From contig DATNMO010000029.1 of assembly GCA_035602245.1 (NCBI GenBank), forward strand, positions 3,965-67,964: a DNA stretch of 64,000 nucleotides, read 5' to 3'. The position numbers and the translations under genes are program-made. Numbering within the stretch: the stretch's first letter is position 1; the number at the start of each line of letters is the position of its first letter. Positions 17,134 through 25,852 of this stretch are shown here, in pieces. A model generated the notes under the pieces. It did no database searches. It saw only the letters and a program-made list of their open reading frames with translations, and had not been told where the DNA came from. This DNA comes from Gemmatimonadales bacterium. Lineage in GTDB: Bacteria; Gemmatimonadota; Gemmatimonadetes; Gemmatimonadales; GWC2-71-9.

Positions 17134-19326
17134 ATGGTCACTATGCAGACGCCGCGCCGCGTGCTGGGACTCGCCGTCCTCCTTGTCAGCACGCTCTCGT
17201 CTTCCCTCCTCGCCCAGGGCTGGATCGATCCGATCCGGCCGATTCCCAACGGGCGGATCGAGCGCATCCGCAGCACCGTGCAAGTCAGCATCGCTGGGCG
17301 CGTGGCGCGCGTGACCGTGGAGGAATGGTTCCGCAACGCCGGCCCGGCCATGGACGAGGGGATGTACCACTTCCCGCTCCCCGGCGAGGCCGTGTTCTCG
17401 AGCTACTCCCTCTGGCAAGGCGACCAGGAGCTGCGCGGCGAGGCCATGGACGCCGCCCAGGCGCGCGCCATCTATGAATCGATCGTCCGCCAAAAACGCG
17501 ATCCCGCGCTGATCGAGCTCGCCGGCCAAGGCCTGATCCGTGCACGTGTCTTCCCGATCAATCCGGGCGAGACGCGGAAAATCACGCTCAAGTACACGCA
17601 ACTGCTCGACCGCGCGGGCGATGCCTGGCGCTTCCGCTACCTTGGCGACCGCGGCCGCCAGAGCGCGCCGCGCAGCTTCCGCCTCGAGGTGGACAGCGCG
17701 AGCCGCTTTGGAGACCCGTATTCCCCGACGCACCAGGTGCGGGCCACGCGAACCGGAGACCGGCTGGAGGTCACCCTCGGTGATAGCGCCGCGGGTGGAG
17801 ACTTCGAGCTGCTCCTGCCGCTCGCGCGCGGCCTCGTGGGCCTGTCGCTCGTGCCGCATCATCCGATCGGCGAGGATGGTTACTTCATGCTGCTGCTCAC
17901 GCCTGGTGCGGCCGCGAATGTCGTCGTCTTGCGCCGCGACGTGGTCGCCGTCATCGACGTGTCGGGCTCCATGTCAGGCGAGAAGCTCGCGCAAGCGAAA
18001 GCGGCGCTGATCCAGCTGCTCGGCTCGCTGCGCGAGGAGGATCGCTTCCGCCTCGTCGCTTTCGCAAGCGGCGTGCGCCGCTTTGCCGAAGGGTGGACGG
18101 CGGCGACGGTTGATCGGCGGCGCGACGCCGCAGCCTGGATCCGCAGCCTCGAGGCCGAGGGCGGCACCAACATCGCAGGGGCGCTGGCGGAGGCGTTCGC
18201 CCAGGCGCCGGCCGAGCCGGCCCTCGGCGTCGTGGTGTTCCTCACCGACGGCCAGGCGAGCGCCGGTGAGACCGATCCGGAGCGCATCGCGGAGCGCGCC
18301 GAACAGGGTCGCGGCCGCTTTCGCGTGTTCTCGTTCGGGATCGGCGACGACGTGAATACCTACCTGCTCGACCGGCTCACGGAGCGGGCTCGGGGTACCA
18401 CGGAATACATTCGGCCCGGTGAGGACATCGAGCGCGCGGTCGGGTCGCTGGCCGCCAAGGTGGCGAGCCCTGTGCTCACCGACCTCAGCGTTTCGGCTGC
18501 TGCAGGCGTCGAAGTGTACGACGTGCAGCCGGGAAGTCTTCCAGATTTGTTCGCCGGCGACGAGTTGGTGCTGTTCGGCAGGTATCGGGGAGTGACGAGC
18601 GGGGAGTGGTCTGTGACGGTCCGTGGCCGGCGTAACGGACGGCAGGAAGAGTTCAGCACCACGGTGGGCGAGCGCGAGAGCGGCGACGCGCGGTACATCG
18701 AGCAGCTGTGGGCCGCTCGCAAAGTGGGCGCGCTGTCCCGGGAGATCCGGCTGCGTGGACAGACGCGCGAGCTGATGGATGCGTTGAAGCAGTTGGCCCT
18801 GCGCTATGGGATCCTCACGGAGTACACGGCGTACCTCGTCCAGGAGCCGAACGTCGTCGCGCGGCGGGTAGCGGAGGAGCGCAGCTTGAATGCACCAGCG
18901 GCCGCGCCCCGCGACCAGGCAGGGGCGGGAGCTATTTCGAAATCGGCCCGGGATGGTTACATGAGCGGTGCCACTCATCTGGACGCGGTGACTGTAACGG
19001 TGGATGCGGCGGAGCTGGACAACGTCCGCCGGGCGCGCTCCGGCATCAACCCGACGCAGCGTGTCGGTGGCCGGCTGTTCATCTGGCGCGACAGCACGTG
19101 GACGGACCTCGGCCACGGCGATTCGCTGCACGTCGTGACGGTGGCACCCTACAGCGATGCGTACTTCGCGCTGCTGCGGGCTCTGCCAGACCTCGTGCAG
19201 CCCGCCGCGCTCGAGCCGGCCGTGCTGATGGCCGGACGGCACGCCAGCATCAAGATTGGAGCGGGGGGCAAGACTCGCTGGCTATCCGGCGAACTGGAGC
19301 GACTGGTGCGCGAATTCCGGAGTTGA
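17134..19326 (+). CDS. Secreted VIT domain - von Willebrand factor A domain protein
   Basis: The signal peptide is RRVLGLAVLLVSTLSSSLLAQG. The N-terminus is VIT-like (VQVSIAGRVARVTVEEWFRN). The vWA MIDAS motif is VIDVSGSMSG with later GGTNI. The start could be 17134 or 17143. Confidence 0.8.
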   Translation: MVTMQTPRRVLGLAVLLVSTLSSSLLAQGWIDPIRPIPNGRIERIRSTVQVSIAGRVARVTVEEWFRNAGPAMDEGMYHFPLPGEAVFSSYSLWQGDQELRGEAMDAAQARAIYESIVRQKRDPALIELAGQGLIRARVFPINPGETRKITLKYTQLLDRAGDAWRFRYLGDRGRQSAPRSFRLEVDSASRFGDPYSPTHQVRATRTGDRLEVTLGDSAAGGDFELLLPLARGLVGLSLVPHHPIGEDGYFMLLLTPGAAANVVVLRRDVVAVIDVSGSMSGEKLAQAKAALIQLLGSLREEDRFRLVAFASGVRRFAEGWTAATVDRRRDAAAWIRSLEAEGGTNIAGALAEAFAQAPAEPALGVVVFLTDGQASAGETDPERIAERAEQGRGRFRVFSFGIGDDVNTYLLDRLTERARGTTEYIRPGEDIERAVGSLAAKVASPVLTDLSVSAAAGVEVYDVQPGSLPDLFAGDELVLFGRYRGVTSGEWSVTVRGRRNGRQEEFSTTVGERESGDARYIEQLWAARKVGALSREIRLRGQTRELMDALKQLALRYGILTEYTAYLVQEPNVVARRVAEERSLNAPAAAPRDQAGAGAISKSARDGYMSGATHLDAVTVTVDAAELDNVRRARSGINPTQRVGGRLFIWRDSTWTDLGHGDSLHVVTVAPYSDAYFALLRALPDLVQPAALEPAVLMAGRHASIKIGAGGKTRWLSGELERLVREFRS

Positions 19327-19333
19327 GGGATCG

Positions 19334-19843
19334 GTGCCCGAGGACATCGCCGACGTTTACCGCAGCACCTACCGCGCGCTCGTGCGGTTCCTGTACCGCA
19401 AGGTCTGGGATGCCGAGCGCGCGGAGGACCTCGCCCAGGAAGCGTTCGCCCGGGCGCTGGTGCACAAACCGGAGAACGCCCGGGGCTGGCTGTTCATCGT
19501 CGCCGCCAACATGGCGAGAGACGAGGCCCGCCGCGCGGCGCGGGAGCGCAAACATCTCACGCTGCTGAAGAATGAGCCGGATGCGGTGCACAGCTCGCCG
19601 GAGGATGAGATCGACGCCGACACCAGACGCACGCAGGTACGGACGGCCCTCGATCAGCTGACGCCGCGGGACCGGGAAGCATTGCTGTTGTGGGACGCAG
19701 GCATGTCATACGACGAGATCGCTGCGCAGACCGGACTGGCGCGCGGCGCAATCGGAACCACGTTGGCGCGCGCGCGCCGGAGATTGGTCGAAGCCTATGA
19801 CACCGCAAGCGAGGGGGGAGGGCAACATGTCGCACGTGGATGA
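19334..19843 (+). CDS. ECF (sigma-70 family) RNA polymerase sigma factor
   Basis: The GTG at 19334 follows GAGGGA. Region 2 is DLAQEAFARAL. Region 4 is LTPRDREALLLWDAGMSYDEIAAQTGLARGAIGTTLARARRRL. Confidence 0.85.
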   Translation: MPEDIADVYRSTYRALVRFLYRKVWDAERAEDLAQEAFARALVHKPENARGWLFIVAANMARDEARRAARERKHLTLLKNEPDAVHSSPEDEIDADTRRTQVRTALDQLTPRDREALLLWDAGMSYDEIAAQTGLARGAIGTTLARARRRLVEAYDTASEGGGQHVARG

Positions 19844-20801
19844 GGGCGCCCTGCACGCCTACCTCGATGGAGAGCTCCCACCGGCGGAGCGCGCAGCCCT
19901 CGAAGCGCACGTGGCGGAGTGCCCGGCCTGTCGCGCCCGGCTCACCGAAGAGCGCGCGCTCCTGGAGCGGGCGAGCCAGCTTTTGGGGTTGGCCCAACCG
20001 CTCGAACGCCCTGCTCCGCCGCTGCACCAGCTGCGCCAGCGGCGTGTGGTACGGCGCCTGCGCCTGCCGTTCGCCTGGGCGGCGTCAATCGTTCTCGCCG
20101 TGAGCCTCGGCTACTACCTGCACGGAACGGACTCCGGCGTCGTGCCGGAGGTGCGCTCGCGAGCTAGCTCCGCCGAAGAGGATCGGGCCGCGGCGCCGCC
20201 AGTGGCCGTCGACGCGCCGCGCCGATCGCCCCCACCCAGCACCCCTCAGCGACCGTCGGAGCGGCGGCAGGTTAACGCGCCCCAGAAGCTCGCGGACGAG
20301 CCGACGGGAGCGGCAACCGCGAAAGCCCGCGCCGATGCGGTCACACCGACCGCCGATGCGATGGCGATCCGTTTAGAGGCCCAGTTGCGCCGCGGCGCTC
20401 CCCCGCCCATTACCGGTGTCGCCCCGCGTGTCGAGGTGAGTGCGGGCGGCACGGATTGGCCGCTCGTCCGCCGGGAACAGGTACGCCAGATGTTGGGATC
20501 CGAGCCGGTGGGCATCCCTTCACTGCCCGTCCGCAGTATTCGACGGGACCCGGTCGGTGATGGCGGCGTGCTTGTGGAGCAGGAGCTCGATTCGGCTACG
20601 GTGATCCAGCTATTCGAGCGGCCCGCGACTGCGGAGCGCCCAGCAAGTGGTCTGGTGAATCGCTCCGCCGCGCCAGCGCGGCAATTCAACTACACGGATC
20701 GATTGGCGCGGTTCGTTGGGACCCTGCGAGTGGAGATTGCCGGACCGCTGTCGCCGGATTCGTTGAACCGGCTGCTCGAGCAGGTGAAGCCGCTTCCCTA
20801 G
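19827..20801 (+). CDS. Anti-sigma factor (zf-HC2 type) with one TM segment and an uncharacterised extracytoplasmic domain
   Basis: LHAYLDGELPPAERAALEAHVAECPACRARL is a zf-HC2 motif. It overlaps the sigma gene by 17 nt. The TM segment is FAWAASIVLAVSLGYYL. Confidence 0.8.
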   Translation: MSHVDEGALHAYLDGELPPAERAALEAHVAECPACRARLTEERALLERASQLLGLAQPLERPAPPLHQLRQRRVVRRLRLPFAWAASIVLAVSLGYYLHGTDSGVVPEVRSRASSAEEDRAAAPPVAVDAPRRSPPPSTPQRPSERRQVNAPQKLADEPTGAATAKARADAVTPTADAMAIRLEAQLRRGAPPPITGVAPRVEVSAGGTDWPLVRREQVRQMLGSEPVGIPSLPVRSIRRDPVGDGGVLVEQELDSATVIQLFERPATAERPASGLVNRSAAPARQFNYTDRLARFVGTLRVEIAGPLSPDSLNRLLEQVKPLP

Positions 20802-21757
20802 TCTCCAGTTCGGCGCCAGGCAATCAACTCGGCCACGACGCTGACGGCGATTTCCTCCGGAGTGACGGCGCCAATCGCGAGCCCCACGGGCACGCGCACC
20901 CGCTGGAGACTTTTCGCCGGCACGCCCCCGGCGGTGAGCCCTTTCGTCACGACCACCTTCTTGCGCCGACTCCCCAACAGCCCCACGTAGCCCGCTGGGG
21001 ACGTCGTGACGCGCTCGAGGATCAGTGCGTCGTTGCGGTGGCCGCGCGTGGCGATGACCACTGCGTCAGCTTCCGTGAGGGGGAAGCGGGCGAGTGCGGC
21101 GTCGACCTCCGCGGCGACCACCCCGATGCCGCCGGCGAAGCGGGACGGGTCGGCGTACTCAGCGCGATCGTCGATGATCGTGACGCGGAACCCCGCGGCG
21201 GCCGCCGCCTGCGCGATCGCAGCGCCGACATGCCCTGCTCCAAACACAAAGACCCGGGGCGCCTGAGTCAGCCGTTCCTCCATGAATCGGCCATCGCGAG
21301 TAAGCGTCGCCGCGGCTCGGGATGCTCCGCCCTGCGGCAGCGGCTCGAACGTCTTGACGGGTCGCCCACCCTCCCACGCCACCGCGGTGCGCACCAGACC
21401 CGACTCGGCGCCAGCCGCCGCCTCGAGCACGCGAACATATGCGTCGTCGGCGACGAGGGGCTCGACGAAGATGTCCACGGTGCCCCCGCAGGAGAGGCCG
21501 AGGTCCCCCGCCAGATCGGCGTTGAGGCGGTGCGTGACGAGCGCAGGCCGGCGTTGTGCCTGAGCGTCGAGCGCCGCGCCGATGACGTCCGCCTCGACGC
21601 AGCCCCCGCCAACCGTGCCGACGAGCCGGCCTTCCGCGCCCACGAGCATCTTGGTTCCCGCCGGAACGGGCGTGGACCCGCGCACGCGCGCCACTGTCGC
21701 AATGGCTCCGCGTGTGCCCGCCCGCGCGAGATCAGCGGCAGCCCGCCAGATGTTCAT
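20798..21757 (-). CDS. XdhC/CoxI family molybdenum-cofactor insertion accessory protein
   Basis: ATVARVRGSTPVPAGTKMLV...GTVGGGCVEADV is followed by the Rossmann-like motif VFVFGAGHVGAAIA. Confidence 0.85.
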   Translation of the reverse strand: MNIWRAAADLARAGTRGAIATVARVRGSTPVPAGTKMLVGAEGRLVGTVGGGCVEADVIGAALDAQAQRRPALVTHRLNADLAGDLGLSCGGTVDIFVEPLVADDAYVRVLEAAAGAESGLVRTAVAWEGGRPVKTFEPLPQGGASRAAATLTRDGRFMEERLTQAPRVFVFGAGHVGAAIAQAAAAAGFRVTIIDDRAEYADPSRFAGGIGVVAAEVDAALARFPLTEADAVVIATRGHRNDALILERVTTSPAGYVGLLGSRRKKVVVTKGLTAGGVPAKSLQRVRVPVGLAIGAVTPEEIAVSVVAELIAWRRTGD

Positions 21758-21825
21758 GTTTGGAAACCTAAGCTCCCGGAGCGAAATCTGCCCCGGGAGC
21801 CATCTCCCTCTGCCTTATCCTCGTG

Positions 21826-22173
21826 TTATTGAACGACGATCGTCCCGTTCATCCCGCTGTGTATGGTGCAGTGGTACGTGTATGTCCCCACGACGAGCGT
21901 CGCCGGGTAGGTTCCCGTCGTCATCGTGGACGAGTTCGTGGGCAATGTGCCCGGTCCGGTCAGCCACGTCACGTTGTGACCATTCGAAGCTGCGGTCCAC
22001 GTGAACGTCACTTGGCCTGCAGGCACTGTATCGGGTGTCGGACTGAAGCTGTTGTTTGTCACCGTGAGCGCCGTGCTGTGTCCGCCGCCGCTACTGCCAG
22101 ACGGGCTGGTGCTGCTGCTGCATGCGGCTGCTACGGTCAATGCCCCGATCATCACAAGACGAATCACCGGCAT
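21826..22173 (-). CDS. Small type-1 copper lipoprotein (cupredoxin) immediately downstream of actF
   Basis: The lipobox is LTVAAACSS. The copper ligands are GHNVTW ... YHCTIHSGM (H, C, H, M). GGAGG lies 6 nt before the ATG. Confidence 0.8.
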   Translation of the reverse strand: MPVIRLVMIGALTVAAACSSSTSPSGSSGGGHSTALTVTNNSFSPTPDTVPAGQVTFTWTAASNGHNVTWLTGPGTLPTNSSTMTTGTYPATLVVGTYTYHCTIHSGMNGTIVVQ

Positions 22174-22229
22174 AGCGCCTCCGCGGAGGAGAGGGTGAGC
22201 CGGTTCCTACACCTGCGGGAGGAAAAAGC

Positions 22230-23438
22230 TCAGTGCTGCTCGCGCTCCAGCGCGTCCGCAGCCAGACGAGGAGAGATGATCGGGTAGCGGGCCGCAAACC
22301 AGGCCCAAGACAAGAGGAACAGTCCGGCAAAGAAGAGGGTTGTGCCGATTTCGGGAATGCCAATCGCCGGACCCGCCCCATGATTGATCGACGGGACGAT
22401 CTCGAGGTAGCGCTCCAGCCAGATTCCCACGAGGCTCACGAGCGCGAAGCCCAGCAATGTAGGTGGGTACTTCTTGGGCGTCTCGCCGAGCAATCCGATG
22501 AACGGGATCACGAAGACAAGGCAGAAGACCGTGATGCCGATGGGCCGCCAGGCACCATATAGCCGGTAAAAGATGAAATACGTCTCCTCGGGAAGATTGC
22601 CGTACCAGATCACGAGGAACTGCGACCACATGAGGTAAGCCCAGAACACCGTGAACCCGAAGCACAGCTTGGCGAGGTCATGCTGCTGCTTCCGCGAAAA
22701 GATGTCTCCCAGGCCCATGGTGCGGCGGAGCACGACGCCCAGCACCGCCAGCATCATCAGCGCGGCGAGGAAACTGCCCATGAAGTAGAACCCGCCGAAC
22801 AGGTTGCTCACCCACTTGTGCGCAAGCGACATCACGAGGTCATAGCCGAGCATGCTGTAGCCGAAGGCGTAGGCGAGGATGAGGAAGGCCGCGTCGCGCG
22901 AGATCCGGCCCGCATCCTCCTTGCGATCCACTGCCTCACCCGTCGCCAGCTCCCGCACGTCGGGGGCGACTTCGTGCCGCACGAACCGCCACGACAACCA
23001 CGACAACGCGACGAGGATCGCCCCGTTGCGCAGGAAGAACCACCTGGTCGTCAGCCAGCCGCCGATCTCGGGGCGCGGCTCGTGCAGCCAGGTAAAGATG
23101 TGCTGGCGTCCGAAGAACAGCCCGAGGAACAGGACGACCGAAACGGTCGTGAACGCGGCGCCGGCTTCTGCGAAGCGGATGAGGACGCCGGACCAGTGCC
23201 CCTTGGCGAGCTTCTGGGTGGCGGCGAATACGACCATGCCCTGCGCCAACCCCGCCCAGAAGACGAAATTCGCGTGGTAGGCCCACCAAGTGCGCTCGGG
23301 GTGGCCGCCGAGCAACCCCATCACGAAGACGATGAGGCCGAGCGCCACGGCCACGGCGCCGACGAGCGTGAACCGCGTCACCGGGGCCTGGCTCGCTTTC
23401 TGGGCGAGATCGGAGCGGCTTGCCACCGCCACGGTCAC
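22230..23438 (-). CDS. actF: Alternative complex III subunit ActF (NrfD/PsrC-like membrane subunit)
   Basis: It is polytopic and paralogous to ActC. The GTG at 23438 overlaps the actE stop (GTGA). It occupies the last position in the act operon. Confidence 0.8.
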   Translation of the reverse strand: MTVAVASRSDLAQKASQAPVTRFTLVGAVAVALGLIVFVMGLLGGHPERTWWAYHANFVFWAGLAQGMVVFAATQKLAKGHWSGVLIRFAEAGAAFTTVSVVLFLGLFFGRQHIFTWLHEPRPEIGGWLTTRWFFLRNGAILVALSWLSWRFVRHEVAPDVRELATGEAVDRKEDAGRISRDAAFLILAYAFGYSMLGYDLVMSLAHKWVSNLFGGFYFMGSFLAALMMLAVLGVVLRRTMGLGDIFSRKQQHDLAKLCFGFTVFWAYLMWSQFLVIWYGNLPEETYFIFYRLYGAWRPIGITVFCLVFVIPFIGLLGETPKKYPPTLLGFALVSLVGIWLERYLEIVPSINHGAGPAIGIPEIGTTLFFAGLFLLSWAWFAARYPIISPRLAADALEREQH

Positions 23439-23977
23439 GGCGAGGCTCCTCCGCCGCGGGCGAGGACCTGTAGGCTGCGCACATAGTTCACGAGGTCCCA
23501 CCGATCCAGGCCGTGGATCTTGTCACCGTAGCGCGGCATCAGCCCGCGCCCCATGCGTTGCGCGTCGACGATCATGCCGTAGATCGCCCCCTCGCTCAGG
23601 TGCGGACGCGCGGGATCAACGAGGGATGGAACGCCCGGGAACGGCCCGCCCCCGGCGAGCGATACCGGGCCGTCGCCGCGCCCGCGCTCGCCATGGCAGA
23701 CCAGGCAATACGTTTGATAGACCCACTCCCCGCGATTGATCGATTCGGCGGTGCGGGTGCGCGGATTCGTGACGCGGTCGGCGTTGTCACGGGTGACGGG
23801 CAGCTCACCGCCCGTGACGGGCACGGTGCCGGCGACCGCTGGAATCGGCCGCGCGTATGGCTTGATGTTCCGCTGGTGTCGCATCGTGGCGAACCAGCCC
23901 ACCTTGTGGACCACCGTGTCGGGATTGCAGGCGCCGAGCAGCAGCAATCCGGCCACGAGCAGTGCGCGCCTACCCAC
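23435..23977 (-). CDS. actE: Alternative complex III subunit ActE (monohaem cytochrome c lipoprotein)
   Basis: It has a single CLVCHG haem motif and the lipobox LLLLGACN. The GTG at 23977 is preceded by GAGGAGG and overlaps the actD end. Confidence 0.8.
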   Translation of the reverse strand: MGRRALLVAGLLLLGACNPDTVVHKVGWFATMRHQRNIKPYARPIPAVAGTVPVTGGELPVTRDNADRVTNPRTRTAESINRGEWVYQTYCLVCHGERGRGDGPVSLAGGGPFPGVPSLVDPARPHLSEGAIYGMIVDAQRMGRGLMPRYGDKIHGLDRWDLVNYVRSLQVLARGGGASP

Positions 23978-24518
23978 GGCGCACCTCCTCGGCGCCGGCG
24001 CCGCGCAGCAGCGCTTCGACGCTGCCGGCTTTGTCGGAGCCCGCGGGGACGAACACGCCGAACTTGTCGTTCGTGAACCGTGGGTCCGTCTGAATCGTGC
24101 CGAGGCGCCGTGCGGCGAACGCCGCATTGAACAGGATCCCCAGGATGGTGGACAGCGCGCCGAACAGGATCGTCATCTCGAACATGATGACGACGTAGGG
24201 GGGCACCGATCCGATCGGCTTTCCCCCCACCACGAGAGGCCAGTCATACGACATCCACAGCGTCAGCCACGCACCGACGGCGCAGCCCACGATGCCGCCA
24301 ATCAGCGTGAACATCCGTACCGGGCTGACCGGTTGCCCGAGCGCGGCTTCGATTTCGTGACGCGGGATCGGCGAGTACACCGTGAAATCGGTGTGCCCGC
24401 CCGCACGAAGCTTCTGGATCGCCTCGAGGGTGCCGTCGAGGTGGCCGAACACACCCAGGACGCCGGGCGTGGGCGGCGGGCGGAAGATGTCGTGCAGCGG
24501 CTTGGGCAACGGGATCAT
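23970..24518 (-). CDS. actD: Alternative complex III subunit ActD (DUF3341-like membrane subunit)
   Basis: The 182-aa protein begins MIPLPKPLHDIF...GVLGVFGHLDGTLEAIQKLRAGG and has two TM segments. There is an ATGA overlap with the actC stop. The track ORF 23970..25649 is an artefactual upstream extension. Confidence 0.8.
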   Translation of the reverse strand: MIPLPKPLHDIFRPPPTPGVLGVFGHLDGTLEAIQKLRAGGHTDFTVYSPIPRHEIEAALGQPVSPVRMFTLIGGIVGCAVGAWLTLWMSYDWPLVVGGKPIGSVPPYVVIMFEMTILFGALSTILGILFNAAFAARRLGTIQTDPRFTNDKFGVFVPAGSDKAGSVEALLRGAGAEEVRRG

Positions 24519-25852
24519 CGGTGCGCCCTCGCCGCGGCTCGCCGGGGCGGGGCGAGCACTTCCTTGACCTCGGTGATCGAGACCGCGGGGAAGTTCTTCA
24601 CGAACAGGAGGAACCACATGAAGAACCAACCGAAGCTGCCGGCCATGATGCCCCAATCGGCCCATGTCGGGTTGTAGACGGCGTTCGCCCACGGCTCGTA
24701 CGGCTCGCCGGCCAGCGACACGACGATGATCACGTAGCGCTCGAACCACATCCCGATGTTCACGAAGATCGAAATCACGAACAGGGCGGTGAGATTGGTA
24801 CGGATTTTCTTGATCCACAGGAGCAACGGCAGGAACGCGTTGCAGATGATCATCGTCCACGACGCCCACCAGTACGGCCCGAAGGCCCGGTACCAAAAGG
24901 CGGCGCGCTCGCTGGGATTGCCGGAGAACCAGGCGATGAAGTACTCGCACACGTAGGCGTAGCCGACGATCGAGCCCGTCAGCAGGCAAAGTTTCGCCAG
25001 GTTCTCGAAGTGATGCCCGGTGACGAGGTCTTCGAGGTGAAACAGTTTCCGGATCGGCACGAGCAGCGTGATCACCATCGCGACGCCCGAATAGATGGCG
25101 CCGGCGACGAAGTAGGGGGCGAAGATCGTGGCGTGCCAACCGGGGACGATGGCCATCGCGAAGTCCCAGGACACGACGCTGTGCACGGACAGCACGAGCG
25201 GGGTGGCGAGCGCGGCGAGGTACAGATAGCCGCGGGTGTAATGGCGCCACTGCTCGTTCGTGCCCGCCCAGCCAAGCGAGGTGAGCGTGTACAGTTTCTT
25301 GCGCCACCCGGTCGCGAGATCGCGGATCGCCGCGATGTCGGGGATCAAGCCCATGATCAAGAACACGGTCGAGACGGTGAAGTACGTCCCGATCGCGAAC
25401 TCGTCCCAGATGAGCGGCGACTTGAAGTTGGGCCACAGGCCGCGCTCGTTGGGATACGGGATCAGCCAGTAGAAGTACCACTGCCGGCCAATGTGGATCA
25501 GCGGAAACAGCCCGGCCGTCATCACGGCGAACACCGTCATGGCTTCGGCGGTGCGGTACACAGCGGTGCGCCATCCGGAGCGGAACAGGAACAGGATTGC
25601 CGAGATCAGCGTCCCCGAGTGCGCGATACCCACCCAGAACACGAAGCACGTGATGAATACCGCCCAGTACACCGGGTGCGAGTAGCCCGCGAGCCCGAGG
25701 CCGTAGCGGAGCAGGTAGATCAGCGTGATGATCCCGACCGCGAGCAGCGCCACGGCGGCGCCGAGCAGCAGGAAGTAGCCCCGGCTGGGGTTGCCGAGCG
25801 TCCGCGCGATCGTGCGCGTGACGTAGTCGTACGTCAGGCGCGGCTCAGCCAT
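24515..25852 (-). CDS. actC: Alternative complex III subunit ActC (NrfD/polysulfide reductase-like quinol-interacting membrane subunit)
   Basis: It is a 445-aa polytopic protein. It overlaps the actB end by 8 nt. Confidence 0.85.
   Translation of the reverse strand: MAEPRLTYDYVTRTIARTLGNPSRGYFLLLGAAVALLAVGIITLIYLLRYGLGLAGYSHPVYWAVFITCFVFWVGIAHSGTLISAILFLFRSGWRTAVYRTAEAMTVFAVMTAGLFPLIHIGRQWYFYWLIPYPNERGLWPNFKSPLIWDEFAIGTYFTVSTVFLIMGLIPDIAAIRDLATGWRKKLYTLTSLGWAGTNEQWRHYTRGYLYLAALATPLVLSVHSVVSWDFAMAIVPGWHATIFAPYFVAGAIYSGVAMVITLLVPIRKLFHLEDLVTGHHFENLAKLCLLTGSIVGYAYVCEYFIAWFSGNPSERAAFWYRAFGPYWWASWTMIICNAFLPLLLWIKKIRTNLTALFVISIFVNIGMWFERYVIIVVSLAGEPYEPWANAVYNPTWADWGIMAGSFGWFFMWFLLFVKNFPAVSITEVKEVLAPPRRAAARAHR

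Noticed and set aside
21772-21800. A stem (GCTCCCGG / CCGGGAGC) downstream of the act-cupredoxin operon as an intrinsic terminator
   Set aside because: The stem is only 8 bp with a 13-nt loop and a poor T-tract (CTTAGGTTTCC). It is plausible but too weak to list as a feature.
22181-22192. The palindrome CCTCCGCGGAGG overlaps the Shine-Dalgarno of the cupredoxin gene and could act as a translational-control hairpin
   Set aside because: As a hairpin it could form only about 4 bp with a 4-nt loop, which is too weak to be meaningful. It is more likely a chance palindrome created by the GGAGG site.
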